In this document: positions 1 to 7,600 of the stretch, in pieces
How the letters are laid out: each line of letters begins with the position of its first letter
Numbering within the stretch: the first letter of the stretch is position 1
Origin: a bacterium
GTDB taxonomy: Bacteria; Hinthialibacterota; Hinthialibacteria; Hinthialibacterales; Hinthialibacteraceae
Assembly: GCA_041946805.1 (NCBI GenBank)
Contig: JBHGBC010000121.1
Location: forward strand, 1 to 18,448
Reading direction: 5' to 3'
DNA: 18,448 bases
Notes under the pieces: generated by a model
Database searches by the model: none
Told to the model about the DNA's origin: nothing
What the model saw: the letters and a program-made list of their open reading frames with translations, nothing else
Translations under genes and position numbers: made by a program

Positions 1-592
1 TGCAATCGCCTGAAGTTGAGCAATAAAGGTAATGACCACATACAACATCTTGTGCCCCGGAACCCAGGATTGTATAGACGCTATACTCAAAGGTTTGACC
101 ATCGTATTCCGCCGAGGTGGAAGGAATTGTGCCCAGATTGAACTGATTTCGAAAAATACCGATGGGTATAGGATCCACTCGGTCCATCGTATCCGTCCCG
201 CCGATCACTCGATCGCCAACGCTTCCGGAGAACTCAGCCTTCCCGAATGCGGTATCGGAGGGAATGACCGTATAGCTAAGTATATTCGACAAGGATAATG
301 ATGTAATATTCCAGGTGATCACGCCATTATTGATTCCACCGATACGGGCTGGTAGGACGTGACTGATAGTCCATCCTATGGGAGGCCTCTCCACGACGGT
401 CACATCCACCGGTTCACTCCGAGTAATATTGATACTTACAAACACAGGTATGCCGGGGGTGTATCCGGGTGATGACGGCGCGTTTCCGGGTGACGACATA
501 GTCCGCACGGCGGTGGGCTGCGCCGAGGTGTTGAACGCCAATCCGAGTACCATAACCACACCTATCGCTGCACGCATGATTTTTGGATTCAT
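1..592 (-). CDS. Secreted two-domain protein (partial, runs off the left edge); close tandem paralog of 637..1656
   Basis: Translated by hand from ATG at 592, with GGAGG upstream: MNPKIMRAAIGVVMVLGLAFNTSAQPTAVRTMSSPGNAPSSPGYTPGIPVFVSINITRSEPVDVTVVERPP...PIGIFRNQFNLGTIPSTSAEYDGQTFEYSVYTILGSGAQDVVCGHYLYCSTSGDC. No stop before the edge. DNA from position 1 aligns to 1086 onward with 13 mismatches in the first 180 nt. Not in the ORF track. Confidence 0.9.
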   Translation of the reverse strand, partial: MNPKIMRAAIGVVMVLGLAFNTSAQPTAVRTMSSPGNAPSSPGYTPGIPVFVSINITRSEPVDVTVVERPPIGWTISHVLPARIGGINNGVITWNITSLSLSNILSYTVIPSDTAFGKAEFSGSVGDRVIGGTDTMDRVDPIPIGIFRNQFNLGTIPSTSAEYDGQTFEYSVYTILGSGAQDVVCGHYLYCSTSGDC

Positions 593-636
593 TTTTTGGT
601 TTCCTCCGATGATTCCGCTTGCATGTATTTAACTCT

Positions 637-1656
637 TTATTGATATACCTCCCAGTCCTTCACCGCCGATGGAGTAACCTGCATGGTCAATTTCACATCC
701 CGGAATACCCCTTGGGTATAGGAATTATTACCGCAGACGGTCACGAGACCCAAACACACCGGATCTTGTAACTTTTTCTGTCGCGTGTCGACCAGCTTCC
801 ATTCCTGAAGTTGAGGATTGAAATTGTAGAAATAAAACACATCTCCCCGGCGGTCGATCCGGAATCGTCCCGACGACGACGTGTGACTGCCAAATTCAAG
901 CACATAAGGTAAATTTGATTGATTAGCCTCAAAGACATAACATTCCGGGCTTCCCGATCCTTTCACTTCCATGGTGACACAGGAAAAGAAGTTTTTGGCA
1001 TCATAAAAAGTGAATATGGTTATACCCGCGGTGTGATAAAATGGATTATCACCAGGGTGTTGGACCTCGCATTGTGCCTCGATAGTGCAATCGCCTGAAG
1101 TTGAGCAATAAAGGTAATGACCACATACCACGTCTTGTACCCCGGAACCCAGGATGGTATGGACGCTATACTCACCGGTTTGACTATCGTATTCCGCCGA
1201 GGTGGAAGGAATTGTGCCCAGATTGAACTGATTTTGAAAAATACCGATGGGTTCAGGCTCCACTTGATATATTGTTGACGTCCCGCTGATCACTCGATCG
1301 CCAACACTTCCGGAGAACTCGGCCTTCCCGAAAGCGGTATCGGAGGGAATGACAGTATAGCTGAGAATACTCGCCAAGGATGATGAAGGAATATTCCAGG
1401 TGATCACGCCATTGTTAATACCACTGATACGGGCTGGCAGGACGTGACTGATAGTCCAGCCCGCGGGAGGTCTCTCCACGACGGTCACATCCACCGGTTC
1501 ACTCCGAGTAATCTTGATACTTATTACCACCGGCAAACCTGGCGTGTATCCGGGTGAAGACATGGTCCGCACGGCGGTGGGCTGCGCCGGGGCGTTGTGC
1601 GCCCAACCGAGACCGATTGCCGTCCATAATATTATGAACAATCCGATCTTTTTCAT
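637..1656 (-). CDS. Secreted protein of unknown function: signal peptide, Ig-like beta domain (A), ConA/jelly-roll-like domain (B), C-terminal V-x-x-W-x-x-Y tail
   Basis: 339-aa ORF with signal peptide MKKIGLFIILWTAIGLGWAHNAPA|Q and purine-rich RBS-like motifs upstream. Homologous to 1..592 and 10019..11041. Ends SAVKDWEVYQ. The fold names are inferred from beta-strand patterning only. Confidence 0.85.
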   Translation of the reverse strand: MKKIGLFIILWTAIGLGWAHNAPAQPTAVRTMSSPGYTPGLPVVISIKITRSEPVDVTVVERPPAGWTISHVLPARISGINNGVITWNIPSSSLASILSYTVIPSDTAFGKAEFSGSVGDRVISGTSTIYQVEPEPIGIFQNQFNLGTIPSTSAEYDSQTGEYSVHTILGSGVQDVVCGHYLYCSTSGDCTIEAQCEVQHPGDNPFYHTAGITIFTFYDAKNFFSCVTMEVKGSGSPECYVFEANQSNLPYVLEFGSHTSSSGRFRIDRRGDVFYFYNFNPQLQEWKLVDTRQKKLQDPVCLGLVTVCGNNSYTQGVFRDVKLTMQVTPSAVKDWEVYQ

Positions 1657-1700
1657 GCTCCAGGCTCCTTTATACCGAAGCTGATAAAAATCTACTCAAA

Positions 1701-1729
1701 ATTATAGATTTAGAATATTACAAATTGAA
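1701..1729 (-). promoter_or_regulatory. Putative sigma70 promoter for 637..1656
   Basis: Minus strand TTCAAT (1729-1724), 17-bp spacer, TATAAT (1706-1701) in an AT-rich intergenic region. The inverted repeat AAATCTA-N10-TAGATTT (1688-1711) overlaps the -10. Confidence 0.6.
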
Positions 1730-1786
1730 AAAACCATACCCATACGCTTACTTCCCCTACCCTCCATCGCACCGATGCCTTGTTTT

Positions 1787-3886
1787 TTAATTCCCTAGCC
1801 CGAATGGGAACCGGAAGGCGGTACCCCGGGGTACGGCGGCATACTCCCAGGTCTCCCGCAGGATCTCGAGATTGGGAGTATCCCGTTCGACCGCGGCGGT
1901 GCCGGTTCCCCGCCCTCCGGGGAGAAACAGGATGATTTTGCCGTGCCGGGAGTCATAGACCATGGCGGGCGAGTATGCCCGGCCGGGGCCGGCCTGGCTC
2001 GTCTCCCGCCATTCCCGGCCGTCCCATTCCCACGTGTCCCCCAACCAAATATCGTGGTCGTAATATCCCATCCAACGATTCCCCCCATAGAGAACCGCGA
2101 CGCCCCGGGAGCCTTCGAAAGCGAAGCCGAACCAGTGCCGTCCGGGAGGACCGCTCGTGGCCGCTTGCGTCCACTGGGTACCGTCGAATTCCCAGGTGTC
2201 GTCCGGATACAAATCGGGCGCGCCGATCCCGCCGAACAGCACCACTCTCTGGCGGGCGGAATCGTAGACCATTTGGTGCCCCGCCCGCACCGGGCCGTCC
2301 GCGATGGGGATCCACCGGGATCCGTCCCAGCGGCTGGTATCCCCCAGGAACGTGGCCGCGGGCCCGTTGGGATTGCCATCCACCCCGCCATGCCGGATGA
2401 CGCAGCGCAGCGCGGGACAATACACCAGCGCCACCCAGGCCCGCGGATGAGGATCCCCGAAACCGGCCTCCCGCCACTGGCGGCCGTCCCATTCCCGGGT
2501 GGACGCGCCGTAGGTCCGCCGATTAAACGTCATGGTGGACGTGTTATAGCCGCCCTCCAAAACCGTCACGCCGCGCGCCGGATCGTAGGCCATCCCCGCG
2601 CAATAGCGGGCCGGACCCGATTCCGCGGCGCGCGTCCAGGATGTCCCGTCGAATTCCCAGGTGTCCGCGAGGAGCTGGTCCCAGTCCAACCCGCCATGCA
2701 GGACCGCGACCCCGCGGCGGACATCGTAGGCCATGCCCGCGGCGGCCCGGGGCCCCGGCGCGTCCTGGGGGCGGATCGCGAGTTGGGTCCAGCGCGCCGC
2801 CTGGGCCAACGCGGTCCAGGCGCTGAAGGGCGCGAGGCCGAACGCGATCCCGAGGAGCGCCGCGGCCGCGCCCGGGGACAAGCGGGCCCGCACCTCGCGC
2901 TCCCCGTCCAGAATCCGCATCAGCCGGCGGCGGATCAAGGTTCGGTAATCGACCAGGCCCAGCGTGGCCGGCAGGAACACCGGGAGGGCATTTTCCTGCC
3001 GGATCATGGACAAAAAACCTTCGCCGCAATCGCCGCGCGGAACCCGGCTGTTAGAGAGGGCCGCGTCATCGCAGGCGTATTCGCGCAATAGATCGATCTG
3101 GGCGTTGGTCCACCACACCACGGGATGGAAAAAGAACACGATGTGCAGAATCCGTTGCAGCAGGAGCACCACGGCGTCCACCCGCCGGATGTGCGCCAGC
3201 TCATGCAGCAGGATCCACCGGACCTGGTTGAGCGTGAACCGGGTGAACATCCCGGAGGGCACCAGGACGACGGGACGCAGCACCCCGTAGGTCACGGGGG
3301 ACTTGATCCACGGGGCCGTCACCCAGCGGATGGGCTGCCGCACGCCGGCGGTTTGTTGCAGGGCCCGCAAATCGAGGGGGAGTTGTTTTTCCTCGAGGGG
3401 CTGGGTCCGCCCGAGCAGGGTGTGAATCCGCCGGACCGTCCAGATCCAGCGCGCGGTCAGCAGCGGCAGCGCCAGCAGCCAGCCCAGCATCAGCCAGGCC
3501 GCCGCCGTAAGCTGGGGCGGGGCGGGAGGATTTTCCGGATCCCCGGCGGAGGGGGCGGAGCCGCTGGGCGGGGCGGCGGACTCCGGGAGCGCCCTATCCG
3601 GCCGCGGATTGGCCGCGCCGGGGGCGATCCATTTCTCCACGTGGGTTTCCAGGGGGGCCGGGATGAGGGAAAGGAGCAGGGCGGGAACGGAGATGGGGCC
3701 GGGAAGCGCCAGCTTGACCAACACGATCACGAAGAGAAAGTATCCGAATTGCGGGGAACACCGGTTCCGCAGGAGACGCCACAAACCGGAGATCAGCAGA
3801 AAGACGGCGGTGGAATCGATGAGCCCCCGAACCATACAGGCCCCCCAGGACGCCGCCCAGGCGTTGCCATACTCGATCCAAGGCAT
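1787..3886 (-). CDS. M56 family (BlaR1/MecR1-type) membrane metallopeptidase fused to a C-terminal Kelch-like beta-propeller
   Basis: N-terminal TM segments, SPVTYGVLRPVVLVP, zinc motif HELAH (3205-3191) followed by IRRVD, FFFHPVVWW and REYACD. Then about six repeats of GP.R....MAYD..R...VL.GG...DTWEFDG..W. Starts 6 bp after the BlaI-family stop. Confidence 0.92.
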   Translation of the reverse strand: MPWIEYGNAWAASWGACMVRGLIDSTAVFLLISGLWRLLRNRCSPQFGYFLFVIVLVKLALPGPISVPALLLSLIPAPLETHVEKWIAPGAANPRPDRALPESAAPPSGSAPSAGDPENPPAPPQLTAAAWLMLGWLLALPLLTARWIWTVRRIHTLLGRTQPLEEKQLPLDLRALQQTAGVRQPIRWVTAPWIKSPVTYGVLRPVVLVPSGMFTRFTLNQVRWILLHELAHIRRVDAVVLLLQRILHIVFFFHPVVWWTNAQIDLLREYACDDAALSNSRVPRGDCGEGFLSMIRQENALPVFLPATLGLVDYRTLIRRRLMRILDGEREVRARLSPGAAAALLGIAFGLAPFSAWTALAQAARWTQLAIRPQDAPGPRAAAGMAYDVRRGVAVLHGGLDWDQLLADTWEFDGTSWTRAAESGPARYCAGMAYDPARGVTVLEGGYNTSTMTFNRRTYGASTREWDGRQWREAGFGDPHPRAWVALVYCPALRCVIRHGGVDGNPNGPAATFLGDTSRWDGSRWIPIADGPVRAGHQMVYDSARQRVVLFGGIGAPDLYPDDTWEFDGTQWTQAATSGPPGRHWFGFAFEGSRGVAVLYGGNRWMGYYDHDIWLGDTWEWDGREWRETSQAGPGRAYSPAMVYDSRHGKIILFLPGGRGTGTAAVERDTPNLEILRETWEYAAVPRGTAFRFPFGLGN

Positions 3887-3892
3887 GATCCC

Positions 3893-4300
3893 CTAGCCTC
3901 CCTTTTTCTTCTTCTTTTCGCTCCGCCGGTAGTCCTCCAGCAGCGCCTGCAGTTCCTGGAGATCGCGCTCGGGCAGCCGGCCCCGCTGGACCAGGTGGAA
4001 GAGAAACGGCACCCGGACATCCTGCAACACCTTCTCCATCAAACTCTCCCCTTCCTCGAACAACAATCTCATCACCGAATCGGACAGCTGGTACACATAA
4101 CAATTCCCCACCTGGGTGTAGGTCAGGTGGCCCTTGTTCACCATGCGGCTGAGGTAGGTCTTGGTCACGCCCACCGACCAGCCGTACCGTTCCGCCGTGA
4201 TGGTGTAGATATCCCGGGCGGCGCCCGCTTGGAGTTCCTGAATGATATGGGCGATTTTCCACTCGGAGGGGCTCAACCCGCGAGACGATTCCGAAGCCAC
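3893..4300 (-). CDS. BlaI/MecI/CopY family transcriptional repressor
   Basis: LSPSEWKI...W....TKTYLSRMVNKGHL....GNCYVY winged-helix pattern and a C-terminal L...DLQELQALL dimerisation helix. GTG start with GAGGTG RBS. Directly upstream of an M56 peptidase, the usual pairing. Confidence 0.93.
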   Translation of the reverse strand: MASESSRGLSPSEWKIAHIIQELQAGAARDIYTITAERYGWSVGVTKTYLSRMVNKGHLTYTQVGNCYVYQLSDSVMRLLFEEGESLMEKVLQDVRVPFLFHLVQRGRLPERDLQELQALLEDYRRSEKKKKKGG

Positions 4301-4313
4301 GTGCTCACCTCAC

Positions 4314-4369
4314 ATACAGTGTGATAATAGACGATAACGGACTGTATACGATTTGCGGAGCCGTGTCAA
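4314..4369 (-). promoter_or_regulatory. Putative sigma70 promoter and operator of the blaI-like/M56 operon
   Basis: Minus strand TTGACA (4369-4364), 17-bp spacer, TACAGT (4346-4341). The inverted repeat ATACAGT-N20-ACTGTAT (4314-4347) contains TACA/TGTA half-sites. Confidence 0.6.
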
Positions 4370-4556
4370 GAGGGATTTTTCGGATTTTTTTCCGGAGGAG
4401 CGCCGGGCGGAAATCCGGGGGGGGGATAGCGTTATAGAAGCTTGATCCGCCCGGATTTACATGGGAGAAGAGGGCGGGAACGAATTCGAGCATCGAAATT
4501 TACATCCCCACGGGCAAGCAGGATTCCTGGATAATCCTAACGATCGCGAAACACAA

Positions 4557-4586
4557 TTGACATGCATTTCTCTGCTGGAGGATAAT
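4557..4586 (+). promoter_or_regulatory. Putative sigma70 promoter for the sensor kinase operon
   Basis: TTGACA (4557-4562), 18-bp spacer, GATAAT (4581-4586), about 70 bp before the ATG. The inverted repeat AGGATT-N7-AATCCT lies just upstream at 4520-4538. Confidence 0.55.
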
Positions 4587-4657
4587 GTATCCAATGAGCG
4601 GTTCCACACGCCTAGATCCTCGATCCGGCGCAATGACCATTCCCGGGAGGGTTGGTC

Positions 4658-7600
4658 ATGTCCAATACGCGGTACCGGTCAATTTTCCTCGCCCTTTTTC
4701 TGGTTCTCATCCAGAATCCGCAGGCCCAAAGCGTTTCAAAAACGGCGCAACCGCCATCCCTATCAGCGAGCCGCTTCGGCATTTTCGACGCCACCGCCGA
4801 CTGGGGCATGCCGGAAAGCCCGCCGCGCTGGGGGCGGTATAAAGTCCCCGGGCGGGTGGAAATCACGGAGACGCCGGAGGGAACGGTTTATGATTTATAT
4901 GGGAATGGCGAACAAATTTTTTTTGGATCGGATGAAGGTTTCTATCTCTACACCGAACGCGCCGGATCGTGGAGTTTGAGCGGGCAGGTGGAATGGATCG
5001 AGAGCGGCAATCCCTTCGATCCCTGGTACGCGGCCGGGCCGATGATCCGCGAAAAAGGGCCCCTCTCCACTTCCAAATGTGTGACGGAAGGTTGGGGTGA
5101 AGGACTTACCCCATGCGTCACCTGGCGGGAACAGGAAAATCAAGCCGCGGACAGCACGGTTTTTATCGCCAAGGATTTTCCCTCCACCTCCTGGGGAAAG
5201 GCGATTTACATGCGGATCAGCCGGATCGCGCCGCTCGACCTGTTCTACACGGAATGGTCGGATGATGGGGTTCATTGGCATTTTTATCATTCCGTTTTTG
5301 TCCCGATGCGGGATCCTGTCGCCTACGGCTTCGCGATAGCCAATCGTTGCGATAATGAGCAATGGGCGCATGTCCGGATCCGGGATGTACAATTGCGGCC
5401 GTTGGTTGATATTCCCCCCATCGTTCGCCGGAAATTGCCTTCTGCCTTTTTTGAATCGAATAACCCCATTCCGGTGACGCTGGAAATCCATAACCTTTCC
5501 TCCCACAGCCAGGAAGTGAACATCCAAGAATCGATCCCGCCGGACTGGAGCGCTAGCCGGCTCAGCCCCGGGGGGGAAATCCACGACGCGACGCTTTCCT
5601 GGAAACTAACCGCCGAACCGGGGACCATGGCCATCACGTATCAACTGACTCCCGTCACCTCAAACCAGGCCTATCTGTCGCTGCACGGGAACACCGAGGA
5701 ATTACCCATTGTGGGAGACACGGACGCCACCTGGGCGCAGACCGGAGAACCAGGCCCCGGTTTCTTCATTCGGCGGTATTGGAACCAATCCGACGGATTG
5801 GAGGTTATGGATGGCGACCGGTTGCTCTTCGTGAACGCCGGGGGTGAAGTTCTCACCCACAAAAACAACCAGGGTGAATACCTGCGCCTGGCCGGATACC
5901 AAGCCGAGACCATCCCCGCGGGGGATATCGCCCAATTTCCCATCCTCAGCGCGGCCGGAGAAATCTGGTCGGTTTCGTTTGGTCTGGCCCCATCCTCTCT
6001 CCAAACCTTCTCATACCCGGCCTATTTCAACCGGGGTCTACGGCAATATAAAAAGGGGCGGTGGATCGCGTACGCCGTGCCGGAGATCGAATCCGCCACC
6101 TTCCCGGCCGGCGTCCTGCCCGGCGCCACGGATCAGGTGTTTATCCAAATCCATGACCGGATTCTGGAATTCAACGCCGCCACCCGCCAGGCCCGGACGG
6201 TGCGTGCTTCCACGCCTAGCCTTTATCAACTGCCCGATCTCCGGCTCATCAATTCCCAGGAAGCCGACGGCGCGTATTGGCTCGCCGAGACGGACGGCCT
6301 GGTGAAAATGACGCCGCCCTCATCCGGCCACCGGCTTACTGAGATCCGCTGGGAAAAAATGCCCTTCGATCCGGCGTATGCCTTTTCCCCGATATTTCAC
6401 CTCCGGGGGAATGAGGACTTGGGTTTTCTGCTGTCCTGTCGCAAGGAGCGAACGTTTCGCGGGCAGTTCAAAAATGGAAGGATACGCGATCGGTGGAAAG
6501 AGGATTCGGGCATCGGAATCCGGGACGAGGCCGGCTCGGCATGGTTGGTGAACAAGTTTAACTGCGCCTTTACCCAAATCAGCCCGGAAGGCGCGGATAT
6601 TCCCCTCCAGGACGATTTTTTCACGCTGCAAACCACCGACATCGCCGCCGATCCGCGCCATGGATTTTGGGTGGCCACGCGGCAGGGGATTGCCAAATTT
6701 TCCACGCCGCTCTGGTTTCCTCCCCCGGAGATCGGGGGATTGAAAAATCCGGTGGATTCCATTTGCGAAGACGGGGAGGGAGGACTCTGGTTTTCCAGCA
6801 ACGACCGGTTGATCCACCGGAATCCCGGCGGAGCCTGGCGGATTTACCATTACCCGCCGAACACAATCCTCCTGATTCCCAAATCCTCGCTCAGCTTTCT
6901 GCCGGACAGCGGCCGGCTGGCCATTCGGTTATTCATATCCGGTTGGATCTCCTTTCTGTATTTTGACCGGGCGCGCGAGCGCTTCCGCATCGGCGTGGAT
7001 ACGCAAGGATTCCCGCTGCAGTATTTCCCGATCCCGTCCAGAAACGAGGTCTGGAAAATCGTCTACCGCTATATCAACAAACTGGAGGTGATACGGGACG
7101 ATGGCCGCCGATCCCAAATCATGGCCGAGATCGAGGAACCGGACGCGCGGGGGGACCAGACCGACCGAGTGCTTCAGGTGGAGGACCAGGATGATTTCTG
7201 GCTGACCCTGGACACCGATCTGCGGCACTACCACGGGGCCACGTACCAATCCTTCGCCCATCTCCGGCGCTGCCGCGACATGCTCGACCTCGGGAGCGGG
7301 AAAAAATGGTGCGGCAAGGACGAATTGCTGGAATACGACGGCCATTCCTGGCAGCTCGTGCGCGGCGGATTCGGATTGATATACCAATTCCTCCGAAGCT
7401 CCGATGGCAGCATCTGGATCGCGTCGAATAACGGCTTATGGCGGTACACGAATGGCATCTGGCTGCAATTTGGCATCGAAGAGGGACTGCCTTCCAACAC
7501 CGTGTTGTGCGTGTTCGAGGACCGTCAAAAACAAATTTGGGCGGGCACCGCGCTGGGTGTGGCCAGGTTTCATCCGGAACGGGATCCAGATCCACCCGAA

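Noticed and set aside
32..632. Plus-strand ORFs 32..298 and 378..632
   Set aside because: They are antisense shadows of the real minus-strand paralog starting at 592.
1..1560. Near-identical duplicated segments considered as a diversity-generating retroelement TR/VR pair
   Set aside because: Both copies are intact coding genes, the mismatches are not confined to adenines, and there is no reverse transcriptase in the window.
1840..2800. Recurrent GTCGAATTCCCAGGTGTC-like DNA repeats considered as CRISPR repeats
   Set aside because: They are in-frame codons of the DTWEFDG Kelch repeats, degenerate and far apart, and there are no cas genes.
1795..4324. Long alternative ORFs (1943..3091 +, 3125..4324 +, 3594..4262 - and others)
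   Set aside because: They overlap the motif-supported M56 and BlaI genes and are R/P/G-rich products of high GC with no family motifs.
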